A stretch of 64,000 bases of DNA from Candidatus Berkelbacteria bacterium (GCA_016187225.1 JACPKC010000010.1:3541-67540); one strand, 5' to 3'. Positions 36,994 to 47,519 are shown, counted from the first letter of the stretch. The notes: generated by a model from the letters alone, not told the origin. Made by a program: numbers and translations.

Positions 36994-37439
36994 TTGACCA
37001 CTCATCTTCATTCTTTCTCTATTACCGTATACAATCATCTCGCAGCCGGAACTCCCCGTTCGATAAAAAATTTTGAGCGGGACGAGGGAGCCCGGACGAG
37101 AGGATTTTTGAGGCAGAAAATTGATCGTTGTACCTCTCATCTGCATCGCCCGCACGTCGGGCCATCGATCAATTTTCTGCCTTCCAGTAAGATTTCGGAG
37201 TTGGTTACGGGGTAAGTAACCATGTGTCTGGCGACTGTCAGACATGCGTGAAGTAGTAGACATCAGGCTATTTCACGCCTCCGATTTTTACCTAGGTCGG
37301 AATGCCGAAATAAGTATGAGTACATGTACATTGCGCTCACGGCATTTCGACCTTTCTCTCGGCCTCGTTCTCGCCACGGGGCCATTTTCTTGTTTACAGA
37401 AGGATTTTCCGCTATAGTTTTTGCGTTTAGGGCGTGTAG

Positions 37440-37516
37440 CTCAGTCGGTTAGAGCGCGTCACTGATAATGACGAGGTCCCAGGTTCGAATCCTGGCACGC
37501 CCACCAAAATCTGACT
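37440..37516 (+). tRNA. tRNA-Ile (anticodon GAU)
   Basis: A cloverleaf can be drawn with acceptor stem gggcgtg/cacgccc and anticodon loop cuGAUaa. The 3' CCA is encoded. This is the typical ITS tRNA. Confidence 0.9.
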
Positions 37517-38311
37517 TTACTCGTCATCCTTCTGGAGTTCGAGGCCGAGGTCGCTGAGAAACTCCTCGATCAGTCGGGCCGAACTCTCTCCGACGCCAAA
37601 CACTTCTCTTAGTGCTTTTGGAGTGTAGGTGTCGGCAAGGACACGGAGAGTCGCATCCGGAGCATTGTTCCAGAGTGGTGGTCTGTTTCTTTCCCAATCT
37701 ATAGATGTTTCACATTGCCTAGGAATTTGAAGAGCAAAGGCGAGTGGGCCAAATATCTTCAGTTTTTTTACGACGTCTAGAATGCTTTCATCCAGCATCT
37801 GAATGTCAGCTTCAGCCGAGTAGAAGTTTGAGGCGGACGGAATTCGTCCGATCTCTACCTTATCCTTTGCTCGATCTCTGAGGTATCTTGATATTCCCGC
37901 ATGCTTTAGTTTGATACCATTGAATACTAATCTTTTTATTCTCCGTAGTCTGCTCACACTCATCCCTTTTATGCGAAGCAGGTCGGTAGCGCTTGTTTCT
38001 AGAAGCTGCTGAATGGTGTAAATGCCACCATCTTGCAGTACTCGGATCATATTTCTTCTGCAAGTATCGGGGTAGCCAGGTAAAGTTGAGTCTTCTAGTA
38101 ACAAGGTTGGTGGAGTTACTTTGTCCCAAGCCACCCTCGCCAGGACAAAAACCACTCCATCTACTCGTTGATTATACTGGATGGTAAAGTAGTGGTCTTC
38201 TGGATTAGCTCCCAGGAACACCTCTATCGCTTTGGATAGATCCTCCACTTCGCCGACTGAAGCTATGACCTCGAACCTTGGCTGGTTGTCAGGGTTACAT
38301 TGAGATTCCAC
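37517..38311 (-). CDS. Hypothetical DNA-binding protein with two helix-hairpin-helix motifs (RNA polymerase alpha-CTD-like)
   Basis: TIQQLLETSATDLLRIKGMSVSRLRRIKRLV and the C-terminal LADTYTPKALREVFGVGESSARLIEEFL resemble HhH motifs. The gene abuts the tRNA-Ile 3' end in convergent orientation. Confidence 0.4.
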   Translation of the reverse strand: MESQCNPDNQPRFEVIASVGEVEDLSKAIEVFLGANPEDHYFTIQYNQRVDGVVFVLARVAWDKVTPPTLLLEDSTLPGYPDTCRRNMIRVLQDGGIYTIQQLLETSATDLLRIKGMSVSRLRRIKRLVFNGIKLKHAGISRYLRDRAKDKVEIGRIPSASNFYSAEADIQMLDESILDVVKKLKIFGPLAFALQIPRQCETSIDWERNRPPLWNNAPDATLRVLADTYTPKALREVFGVGESSARLIEEFLSDLGLELQKDDE

Positions 38312-38420
38312 GTTGATTTCCTCCTATTGAAAAATAATTTTTCAAAGAACTAGTCAATTTATACCAGAAACTCTTCGATTTGTTAACAACTTAGGTAAGA
38401 ACTTACGCTATACTCAAATT

Positions 38421-38894
38421 GTGTTATTGACACCACATATTTTGGTCGGTGCAACTGTTGGCGTCGTTGCCCAAGATCCAGTAGTTGGGTTTCTTGGTGG
38501 AGTTGCGAGCCACTTCGTTTTGGATGCAATTACGCACACCGATCCGGGTACTTGGCACTTCGATGAGCCATTTCCTCAAAAACTCGACGAACGTGATCTG
38601 ACAGTTGGTTTTACCGATGCAGCGGTCGCGTTCTTTAGTTTTCTGCTTTTAGCCGGCGTCGCGCCCCTCGTTGCGCCAGGCCCACTCGCAGGCGCTCTCG
38701 GTGGTTTGTTACCCGATGTGATTGGTCTTGCCCCGCTTTTTATACCTAAACTCGCGACCGTCAAGGGGCTCGACCGTTACTATGCCTTTACTCACCGCAT
38801 TCATCGCACGGCGCCGCCTTCAAAATGGCTACTTGGCATTTTCACGCAAATTATTGTGATAGGATTTGCCGTATGGTACTTGCTCGGCTCATAG
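38421..38894 (+). CDS. Hypothetical membrane protein, possibly related to DUF457 metal-dependent hydrolases
   Basis: 157 aa with a hydrophobic core. SHFVLDAITH loosely resembles the DUF457 His/Asp motif. Confidence 0.35.
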   Translation: MLLTPHILVGATVGVVAQDPVVGFLGGVASHFVLDAITHTDPGTWHFDEPFPQKLDERDLTVGFTDAAVAFFSFLLLAGVAPLVAPGPLAGALGGLLPDVIGLAPLFIPKLATVKGLDRYYAFTHRIHRTAPPSKWLLGIFTQIIVIGFAVWYLLGS

Positions 38895-39124
38895 TATTTA
38901 TGCTAACTTTCGGTGTCGGGCTTGGGTTGATTCGGAGCGCCGAGTGGTGTGTGCGCAATTTCGGCACGATGGACTGGGCGGAAAAACATCTGGGCCCTGG
39001 CGGCAGTTATTCTGCTTGGAAACTTTTTGGGGTGATTACGATTATTCTAGGATTCCTCTACGCAATCGGGCAGTTCAATGTTACGCCACAGGATGCAGGG
39101 ATACTCTCAACTGCGCCTTAACCA

Positions 39125-39200
39125 GGGCCAGTAGCTCATCTGGCAGAGCGCCACATTTGCAATGTGGAGGTACGGGGTTCGAATCCCCGCTGGTCCACCA
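39125..39200 (+). tRNA. tRNA-Ala (anticodon UGC)
   Basis: The acceptor stem gggccag/ctggtcc includes the G3:U70 Ala identity pair. The anticodon loop is uuUGCaa. CCA is encoded. Confidence 0.9.
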
Positions 39201-39291
39201 AAATCTGACTTTCAGAAAATTGACCGGCGCGATTTTTTCTAGAGTTATGATAAGATTATTTCACATTGAAATAACCAGAGAGGAGATATTA

Positions 39292-39510
39292 ATGACTCTT
39301 ACGAAAGAAGATTTAAAAGAACTTCGATCGATTGTGAAAGAAGAAGTATCCAACGGAATTGGAATGACCGAAGGGCGGTTGAATGACAAAATCGAAACTT
39401 CCGAAGGGCGGTTGAATGACAAAATCGAAACTTCCGAAGGGCGGTTGAATGACAAAATCGAAACTTCCGAAGGGCGGTTGAATGACAAAATCGAAACAAA
39501 CTTCTATTGA
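39292..39510 (+). CDS. Small protein with four tandem 11-aa repeats (TSEGRLNDKIE)
   Basis: The track ORF continues upstream to 38866. Met at 39292 follows an RBS-like gagagg, with ATG 10 nt downstream. The repeats are encoded by the 33-bp tandem array. Confidence 0.45.
   Translation: MTLTKEDLKELRSIVKEEVSNGIGMTEGRLNDKIETSEGRLNDKIETSEGRLNDKIETSEGRLNDKIETNFY
39368..39496. repeat. 33-bp tandem repeat of about 3.9 copies (ccgaagggcggttgaatgacaaaatcgaaactt)
   Basis: The copies are perfect except for the last few nt of copy 4. The array lies in the coding frame of 39292-39510. Confidence 0.9.
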
Positions 39511-39805
39511 ACAGTCAAAAAATGAAATCATCTCCATTTTGAGTCGAGAGATTAACGATTTAGCCGAGATTAATCATGCGATCATTGAGCGAGTGGACAA
39601 AATTTCGGAGCTCGAAAAACGGATTATTCGAATTGAGAATAAGGTCGGCATAGCCGGTTGATTTTGATGTGCTCCTCGATATCGCCTCCATAGAACTGAT
39701 ATCGATCTCGAATCTAATGAGTTTAATCGGCTCTTTCATCTCACTTATAATAAACGGGAGGTAAAGAAGAGCCAGAAAATTTATCAACTCCTCAACCCAT
39801 CAGTA

Positions 39806-40027
39806 ATGAGTCGGTTAATTGATGCTCGTTATGAGTTGGGTAAATTTGAACTCCTGTTCCGCGATCGAATCATGCTCATAAGCGTGCCCAACATGCTCGA
39901 TTTAAAATATACTAATTTTAAGAAAAAAATCGAGATCGACCATCGAGATATTACTATCGTACAGGATGAATTGGAAAAGCTACTTCATTATGTGGGTGAC
40001 ATCGTTCCAAAACTTGACCGACCATAA
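39806..40027 (+). CDS. Hypothetical protein
   Basis: 73-aa ORF with no recognisable motif. Confidence 0.25.
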   Translation: MSRLIDARYELGKFELLFRDRIMLISVPNMLDLKYTNFKKKIEIDHRDITIVQDELEKLLHYVGDIVPKLDRP

Positions 40028-40088
40028 ATACTTGACATCCATGAGAGAGAGGTAGGATTCAATTAGAATGAGTTGAATAAGGGGGAAT

Positions 40089-40790
40089 ATGAAAGAAGAG
40101 CAAGGGCTTTGGGGAAAATTACGGTTGCTTTATACGAATCCACGTGAATTCTGGCAGTCAGTCGGTCAAGACCATAACATTCGTACTCCACTTATTTTAT
40201 GGTTCTTCCTATCTCTCCTGCCGATCATTTTGCTGGGCGCGTTCATGCTTACATTGGGTAACGCTGATGCATCTCGCTATTATTCTCTGATTGCGCTCCT
40301 CTTCATTGTTGTGTCCTTTATTGGTTTGTTCATGAATAGCACCGGCCTCTATTTTGGAGCCAAAGCCTTCAATGGCACGGGAAGTTTTACGCAGACTTTG
40401 AAAATCTACGTATATTCCACGCTTGCACCTTTTCTTCCTGCCTTCTTTATTACTCTTTTATTCATATTTTTCCTGTTTTTGATTGATCGGGGGAATGAGT
40501 CTGCTACGTTCTCGCCGCTTGTCGTAGGGACTATGATGCTTATTCCTGCCCTAGGCATCCTCATCTACCAAATCGTACTCATTGTCCGAGGACTCGAGGT
40601 TGTCCATACGCTTTCGAATGGCAAGGCAATCTTAGCCTGGCTCCTTGGATTGGTCTTGACGTCAATAGTGTCCAGTATGGTGGCGCCGGTTGTGGGTATT
40701 CCACTGGCTGGCTTTCTTGCAGATTCGATTGAGTCTTCCTCCACATCTAATCCGGAAACATCCCAACTAGAACAAGAATTCTCAATGTAG
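40089..40790 (+). CDS. Yip1-domain-like integral membrane protein
   Basis: 233 aa with about 5 TM helices. The N-terminal soluble segment followed by a multi-TM core resembles Yip1/YIF1-type proteins. Confidence 0.4.
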   Translation: MKEEQGLWGKLRLLYTNPREFWQSVGQDHNIRTPLILWFFLSLLPIILLGAFMLTLGNADASRYYSLIALLFIVVSFIGLFMNSTGLYFGAKAFNGTGSFTQTLKIYVYSTLAPFLPAFFITLLFIFFLFLIDRGNESATFSPLVVGTMMLIPALGILIYQIVLIVRGLEVVHTLSNGKAILAWLLGLVLTSIVSSMVAPVVGIPLAGFLADSIESSSTSNPETSQLEQEFSM

Positions 40791-40826
40791 GGCTCCTGTG
40801 CTAAACGCTAACTATCAGGCGTAATA

Positions 40827-40860
40827 CAAAACACACCGGCCAGAGCCGGTGTGTTTTGTT
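40827..40860. terminator. Bidirectional rho-independent terminator between convergent genes
   Basis: The hairpin aaaacacaccggc-caga-gccggtgtgtttt has A/T runs on both sides. Confidence 0.7.
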
Positions 40861-40873
40861 GTTGTTTAGTGGA

Positions 40874-41269
40874 TCAGTTGACTGCAAGGATCATGCCCAT
40901 CACTACGAGCGTGAGTAGTTGATTACCATTATTGATTAGCCACAAATCCCATGATCGGTCTTCCCAGGCGGTGTTCATTAAAGAATATGTGGCGACGAAA
41001 CCAAGCCAAATCCAAAATCCAAGCAGGGCGCCCTCGCCAAGCGTATTTGCCTGTTTATATTCGATGAAGTAGGCAAAGATATATGCCGTTATGAATGCCG
41101 CCGCGATACTCGCAACGTAGCTCGCGCTGGCGCCAGAAAGATTACTTTTTTTATTGCCGATCGCCTTCATCCAGGATTCAGTGAAGACTCCATACCAGGT
41201 CGCGCCAATTACAACTGCGGCCGCCGCGGCCATGACGATCGCCCATAGATTGACAGAGACTTCAGACAT
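40874..41269 (-). CDS. DUF1761-like small membrane protein
   Basis: About 130 aa with 4 TM helices and conserved Trp/Gly positions (WMKAIG, FWIWLGFVATY). The start is taken at MSEVSVNLW. Confidence 0.45.
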   Translation of the reverse strand: MSEVSVNLWAIVMAAAAAVVIGATWYGVFTESWMKAIGNKKSNLSGASASYVASIAAAFITAYIFAYFIEYKQANTLGEGALLGFWIWLGFVATYSLMNTAWEDRSWDLWLINNGNQLLTLVVMGMILAVN

Positions 41270-41367
41270 AAAATTTCTCTCCTTCTTCTTTTTAAAGTGT
41301 AAAGAATGAAGAATAAAGAGTAAAGAATACATTTATTACTCGACAAGTTCTGGCTAAGAGTGTCAAA

Positions 41368-42132
41368 ATGCAAATTATGGATTATTCTCGGATTTTTGTT
41401 ACTGGCGCTTCGAGCGGAATTGGCGCCGCGCTGGCGCGCGCGTATGCCCGACCGAATATAATTCTTGGTTTGGCGGCGCGCCGCGTTGAAAAACTTAAAG
41501 CGGTCGCTCAGGACATTCGAGATCGTGGCGCCCAAGCGTATATTTATGAACTCGATATAACGGATATCGATGCAACTGAATGCGTCGCCCAAAAATTTGT
41601 AAAAAGTGCGGGCGGGATTGATTTAGTGATTGCTAATGCCGGCATTGGCGGCTGGGCGCATCCAGTTCAAACCGATCCGAGAAAATTAACTACGATTATC
41701 AACACGAACGTGAACGGGGTTATTAACACGGTCGGGGCGTTTTTGCCGTCAATGGTGGCCGCGCGGCGCGGTCACCTGGCTGTTTTGAGTTCAATCGCCG
41801 GTTTTAGGGGTCTGCCCGGCGGAGTCTATTCGGCTTCAAAGGTTGCCATTCGTTATATGTTGAATGGTTGGCGATTTGATCTCAAGCCTTACAATATCCA
41901 TGTTACAACTCTTTATCCGGGTTTTGTTGAAACCGAGATGACGGGGAGTAAGCGTTGGTATCCATTTTTAATCAGCGCCGATCAGGCGGCGGTTGAAATA
42001 AAACGGGCGATTCAGCAAAAGAAAGCACATTGGGTTTTTCCTTGGCCATGGCGTTTGATCGTGCCGATTTTGCGGATTTTGCCAGGCGTTTTAATTCGCA
42101 GGCCAGTTCGTTCGCTTTCGAACCGTAAATAA
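41368..42132 (+). CDS. Short-chain dehydrogenase/reductase (SDR)
   Basis: The cofactor motif is TGASSGIG. The catalytic motif is YSASKVA (YxxxK). The NAG-like motif is IANAGIG. Confidence 0.85.
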   Translation: MQIMDYSRIFVTGASSGIGAALARAYARPNIILGLAARRVEKLKAVAQDIRDRGAQAYIYELDITDIDATECVAQKFVKSAGGIDLVIANAGIGGWAHPVQTDPRKLTTIINTNVNGVINTVGAFLPSMVAARRGHLAVLSSIAGFRGLPGGVYSASKVAIRYMLNGWRFDLKPYNIHVTTLYPGFVETEMTGSKRWYPFLISADQAAVEIKRAIQQKKAHWVFPWPWRLIVPILRILPGVLIRRPVRSLSNRK

Positions 42133-42146
42133 TTTACAATTATGAT

Positions 42147-42599
42147 ATGCAGATTAAGAGTTCAGCTTTTGAGAATAATGGCTCCATTCCTAGGCAGTAT
42201 ACTTGCCAGGGAGAAAGTTTAAGCCCGCCACTTACAATTAACGATGTGCCAGTTGAGGTGAAAAGTTTAGCTTTGATTATGGAAGATCCAGATGTGCCGC
42301 GTTCAATTCGCCCCGATGGCATGTGGGATCACTGGGTGATTTGGAATGTCGATCCAAAAACAGTTGAAATTTTGGAAGGCATCGAACCCAAAGGAGTGTA
42401 TGGCCAGACAACCTCAAATACTCAAAAATACGTCGGTCCCTGCCCACCAGATCGCGAACATCGCTATTTCTTCAAGCTTTACGCGCTTGATGCTAAATTA
42501 ACTCTCACGCCAGGGAGTTCAAAACGTCAACTTGTCTCGGCGATGCAGGGGCATATCTTGACTACTGCGACCCTGATTGGTCGCTATAAGAAATTTTAG
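42147..42599 (+). CDS. YbhB/YbcL-family phosphatidylethanolamine-binding-like protein (PEBP)
   Basis: The segments DHWVIWNV...GP.PP...HRYFFKLYALD match the bacterial PEBP signature. Confidence 0.8.
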   Translation: MQIKSSAFENNGSIPRQYTCQGESLSPPLTINDVPVEVKSLALIMEDPDVPRSIRPDGMWDHWVIWNVDPKTVEILEGIEPKGVYGQTTSNTQKYVGPCPPDREHRYFFKLYALDAKLTLTPGSSKRQLVSAMQGHILTTATLIGRYKKF

Positions 42600-43537
42600 C
42601 CCAACCGCTTGACAACCCCTCAAAACATCGGTAGAAATATAAATAGGCATGAGTGTTAACCCAACAACTTGGAGGAAACGCGCGGTCTAGGCTCACCACT
42701 TTTTGGTGTTTTTCCGCCGCGGTCGGCGGTTTTTTATGTCCGATGGCCTGCTGTCCTGAAGTAAATATTTCGGAGAGCTGGTGATCAGCCGAACTTTCAC
42801 AATATGGTTCTAAAAGTGAAGTGGCAATCACACCGAGAAAATTATGGGAATCGTATTGAGCAAAGAGCTTCTGCGGTTCTCCGGATACATTAAGGGCGTA
42901 TGGTGGATGCCTTGGGAGAAGAAGCCGACGAAGGACGTAGCGGGCTGCGATAAGCTTCGGGGAGGTGCCGAGCAACCTTTGATCCGAAGATGTCCGAATG
43001 GGGAAACCTTCCTGCTTGAAGAGCAGGAGACGTCAGGTTTGCTCCCCCACAGTAATTCCACCGTCAGATCCAGACACTAACGGATCGTACGACGGTTTTT
43101 AAAGCGGATTCACTGTGGAGGGGCAAACCTGATGTCGGGCACCTGGGGAACTGAAACATCTTAGTACCCAGAGGAAGAGAAAACAAAACACTCTGTTTTG
43201 AGTGAAATTTTATGATGGATTTCAGAATCGGATGTAGGTGTTCGTTTATCACGGATTCCGACCTCCGTTTTCTGTCATCCGTCCTCTGAAATTTGTGATT
43301 CCGCTAGTAGCGGCGAGCGAACGCGGACCAGCCTTGCGACGGGATGGCAAAAATGAATAGCTGAATGCTCCTGGAACGGACAGCCAAAGAGGGTGAGAGA
43401 CCCGTAAGCGAAATTCTTTTTTGTTCTGAACGTTGCCGTTTTGTTCTTTAATTTGAGCAAAATGCAAGTACATCGAGACACGTGAAATCTCGATGGAAGA
43501 CCGGTGGATCATCATCGAAGGCTAAATACTTCTTCTC

Positions 43538-43583
<46 letters not shown>

Positions 43584-45403
43584 AGCCGGGGAGTGAAATA
43601 GCACCTGAAACCGTATGCCTACAAGGAGTCGGAGCTCGAGCTTGCTCGGGTGACGGCGTGCCTTTTGAAGAATGAGCCAACGAGTTTGTCGTCGTGGCCG
43701 GCCTGCCTTTGGCGGGTCTAGGTTAAGGAACGAGAGTTCCGGAGCCACAGCGAAAGCGAGTCTTAACCGGCGATTTAGTCGCGATGACAAGACCCGAAAC
43801 CGGGTGAGCTACCCATGGTCAGGATGAATCTCGTCGAAAGACGAGAGAAGGTCCGAACCCACCAGCCTCGTAAAACTGGGGGATGAACTGTGGGTAGAGG
43901 TGAAACGCCTATCGAACCCGGAGATAGCTGGTTCTCCTCGAAATATATTTAGGTATAGCCTCACGTAGGCGCCTGGGGGTAGAGCACTGATTGGATTTCG
44001 GCGTCGCAAGATGTCGCATCCAGCCAAACTCCGAATACCAGGTTAGCTATTGCGTGGGAGTCAGTCCGTGGGGGCTAAGCTCCACGTGTCAAAAGGGAAA
44101 CAACCCAGACCATCAGCTAAGGTCCCAAAATTCTTTCTAAGTGGAAAAGGATGTGATGAACCAAAGACAACTAGGAGGTTGGCTTAGAAGCAGCCATCCC
44201 TTCAAAGAGTGCGTAACAGCTCACTAGTCGAGGTTTGTCGCGCCGAAAATTTAACGGGGCTCAAGATAGATACCGAAGCTATGGGTCAGCGCTCTGCGCT
44301 GGCGGTAGAGGAGCGTTCGTATTGCAGTGAAGCGGAAGCGTAAGCGACCGTGGAGCGATATGAAGTGCGAATGTTGGCATGAGTAACGAAAAGCAGGCGA
44401 GAACCCTGCTCACCGAATGTCCAAGGTTTCCCGGGCTACGATAATCGACCCGGGGTTAGTCGGTCCTAAGCCTGACCAGCAGGCGATGGATTTCAGGTTG
44501 ATATTCCTGAACTTCCTTTGTTGTACCCACGCGGGACGCTTCTTCAAGCTTCATCACGCTGTATGGTTATGAGTGATGAGGGGAGCGGGAGACGAGAAAA
44601 GCGCGTGACTAATTGGCAAAGGAAACCGTACCGCAATCCAACACAGGTGGACGAGGCGAGGAGCCTAAGGTGAACGAGAGAACCCTCTTAAAGGAACTCG
44701 GCAAAAAAGCGGCTGTAACTTCGGAATAAAGCCTACCTGACGCAAGTCAGGTCGCAGCGAATGTTTGCCAGGCGACTGTTTACCAAAAACACAGGTCTCT
44801 GCAAACCCTTCGGGGGACGTATAGGGGCTGACGCCTGCCCAGTGCTAGAAGGTTACGGGGAGGATTGATTCCAAGTTTACTTGGATGAGGTCTGAACTTA
44901 AGCCCTAGTGAACGGCAGCAGTAACTATAACTGTTCTATGGTAGCGAAATTCCTTGTCAGGTAAATTCTGACCCGCACGAACGGCGTAACGGTCTGGTAA
45001 CTGTCTCTAAGAGGGACTCGGTGAAATTGCACTACCGGTAAAGATGCCGGTTACTTACAGCAAGACGGAAAGACCCCGTGGAGCTTTACTACAGCTTGAT
45101 ATTGGTTCACGTGCTACTTTGTGTAGCGTAAGTGGGAGCGTCACGCGCCAATGAAACACCACTCTTGGTACCGCGTGAATCTAACTCTGTTGGTAGGACC
45201 AACAGAAGACAGTGTCTGGTGGGTAGTTTAACTGGGGCGGTTGCCTCCTAAAAAGTAACGGAGGCGTTCAAAGGTACTCTAATTCCGTATGGAAATCGGA
45301 ATGATAGCGCAATCGCATAAGAGTGCTTGACTGCAAGGCTGACACGCCGAGCAGCTACGAAAGTAGGAGATAGTGAACCGGTCCGCATGTATGACAGTCG
45401 GAC

Positions 45404-45444
<41 letters not shown>

Positions 45445-45485
45445 AGCGCCCAATAGTCCACATAGACGGCGCTGTTTGGCACCTT

Positions 45486-46306
45486 AACATTGGGGTGCTG
45501 CAGGAGTAATTCTGTACCAAAAATGTGGCTTATAACGGTGAACCCCCACTCTTTACAGTGGTACAATGAAGTAAAGAAGGGCGATACCGTGGGAAGTCTG
45601 ACCTCAATCCAACACGCGATTTTGGTAGGAAGTATGCTAGGCGATGGTACACTACGCAAACAAGGCGCAAGAAAGAACGCCTTATTTGAAGTGAACCATT
45701 CAGTCAAGTTTAAAACCTATGTTGATTGGAAGTGGAAACACTTTCAAGAGTATGTTTTAACACCACCAAAATCACGCCTCGGTAAAGGCGTTCGTGTTGC
45801 GTATCGGTTTACGACTCGTAGCCTTCCGATTTTTACCAGTTATTACCGCTGGTTTTACCCAAATCAGAAGAAACAGCTTCCAGATAATATTAAGCTAGAT
45901 GCCAAAGGTTTGGCAGTTTGGTTTATGGATGATGGAACACGATGTCGGAATGCAACCTATTTCAATACCCAGCAGTTTCGCATCGCAGAGCAATGTCTCT
46001 TGCGGCGGCAACTAAAGAAGATTGGAATTAGGTCGACATTAAGTCGAGATAAGCAGTATTGGCGTTTATACGTTGATACTGAAAGCACGAAAAGACTAAT
46101 GCAAATTATTAGCCCTTACGTTTTATCTTGCTTCCAATACAAATTGAGATATGACCCCGTAACGACTGAGTCGAAAGACGAGATTTCGAACGCAAGTTCG
46201 AGATAACACGCCACCTCCTATTTTGTCAGCTAGACATGGCTTAGGCCTCTGTCTAGTAATAGGAAGAAGATATAGTCTGCACCATATGTAAATATGGATT
46301 AAAGTA
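45486..46306 (+). mobile_element. Intron in the 23S rRNA domain V (after GTTTGGCACCT)
   Basis: About 820 nt separate gtttggcacct from cgatgtcggctcatc, which are contiguous in canonical 23S. It contains ORF 45490-46206. Confidence 0.75.
45490..46206 (+). CDS. Double-motif LAGLIDADG homing endonuclease (intron-encoded)
   Basis: Two motifs are present: [10 protein letters not shown] and AVWFMDDGT. The true start is probably an internal codon. Confidence 0.7.
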   Translation: MGCCRSNSVPKMWLITVNPHSLQWYNEVKKGDTVGSLTSIQHAILVGSMLGDGTLRKQGARKNALFEVNHSVKFKTYVDWKWKHFQEYVLTPPKSRLGKGVRVAYRFTTRSLPIFTSYYRWFYPNQKKQLPDNIKLDAKGLAVWFMDDGTRCRNATYFNTQQFRIAEQCLLRRQLKKIGIRSTLSRDKQYWRLYVDTESTKRLMQIISPYVLSCFQYKLRYDPVTTESKDEISNASSR

Positions 46307-46399
46307 CGATGTCGGCTCATCCTATCCTGGGGCTGAAGCAGGTCCCAAGGGTTTAGTTGTTCACTAATTAAAAGGGTACGCGAGCTGGGTTCAGAACGT

Positions 46400-47170
46400 A
46401 AATTACATTGCGCTCTACTCTTGAAATGGAGTAGGATACGGGTGCACATCGCACACAACCGACCCAACCCGTCGGTTACCGTATCAACATCTGACTAAAA
46501 TCGGTGAAACCCAATCACCAACGACCAAACGTTGGAAAGGGCAATACCGAGGGAAGATCAGGTCGTGACGAACGAAGAGAAAGCCTACATAGCGGGATTT
46601 TTAGATGGTGATGGTTGCATTATGGCGCAGTTGGTTCGTCGAAAAGATTACATTTTTGGCTACCAAGTGCGGACAAGCATTGTCTTTTACCAGAATCAGA
46701 CTCACCAAGAGATCCTTTCTTGGCTCAAATCGATGCTAGATATTGGCTACATCCGTCAGCGGAATGACGGTATGGCTGAATACACCATCGTTGGATTGCG
46801 TGACGTGCGACACATTGTTGCACTGTTGCTTCCGTTCCTTCGTCTCAAACAGGAATTAGCACAACTGATCATTCACTTGATTGATTCGTATCCAGCCACC
46901 ATGACGCCAAACGAACTCGTTCGTCTTGGCAGACTGGTAGATGCGACGGCAGCGTTCTCGTATTCAAAACGACGAACGAATACCGTTGCGACTGTGATCG
47001 ATTTCCTGCACCAACACGATCTTTTCCCCGTAGAGACTTCGACTACTCGCAAGAATGGTAGTCGGGATTCCTCGTAGGCGAGGGATAATACGTCAGCCCC
47101 TCCTTTGGATTATTTCTTCCAAAGAGGGTGAAGATATAGTCCGTGCCACCAGGAATGGTGGAACAACACG
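46400..47170 (+). mobile_element. Second intron in the 23S rRNA domain V (after AGAACGT)
   Basis: About 770 nt separate gggttcagaacgt from cgtgagacagtttggtcc. It contains ORF 46532-47077. Confidence 0.75.
46532..47077 (+). CDS. LAGLIDADG homing endonuclease (intron-encoded)
   Basis: YIAGFLDGDGCI matches the LAGLIDADG motif. The 181-aa ORF lies wholly inside the insertion. Confidence 0.7.
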   Translation: MERAIPREDQVVTNEEKAYIAGFLDGDGCIMAQLVRRKDYIFGYQVRTSIVFYQNQTHQEILSWLKSMLDIGYIRQRNDGMAEYTIVGLRDVRHIVALLLPFLRLKQELAQLIIHLIDSYPATMTPNELVRLGRLVDATAAFSYSKRRTNTVATVIDFLHQHDLFPVETSTTRKNGSRDSS

Positions 47171-47314
47171 CGTGAGACAGTTTGGTCCTCATCTGCTGTG
47201 AGCGTTTTGAAACTTGAGGGGGTCTATTCCCAGTACGAGAGGACCGGAATGGACGGACCGCTGGTGTACGAGTTGTCTCACCCCGAGGCAGTGCTCGGTA
47301 GCTATGTCCGGTTC

Positions 47315-47347
<33 letters not shown>

Positions 47348-47519
47348 GGCCCCAAGATTAGGTTTCTTTAAGACCCGTCGGAGATTACGACGTTGATAGG
47401 CTCGAGGTGGAAGGCGCGTAAGCGTTGGAGCCGTAGAGTACTAATGGTCGCAGTATTCGGAGAACCGCAGAGGTTCGTTGATCGTGGTGATCGCTACTTC
47501 ACATAATTTAGCTAGAGTG

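Noticed and set aside
38825-39121. 98-aa ORF (and the overlapping 38866-39510 ORF) running into tRNA-Ala
   Set aside because: The longer frames overlap the preceding gene's 3' end and abut or cross the tRNA. Only a short membrane-peptide segment (about 38894-39121) could be real, and it cannot be supported further.
39368-39496. Possible CRISPR array
   Set aside because: The units are directly contiguous 33-mers with no spacers and no cas genes nearby. This is a simple tandem repeat inside a coding frame.
39261-39537. Three overlapping minus-strand ORFs with internal repeats
   Set aside because: They are mirror-image readings of the 33-bp tandem array. The plus-strand frame has the RBS and a sensible repeat peptide.
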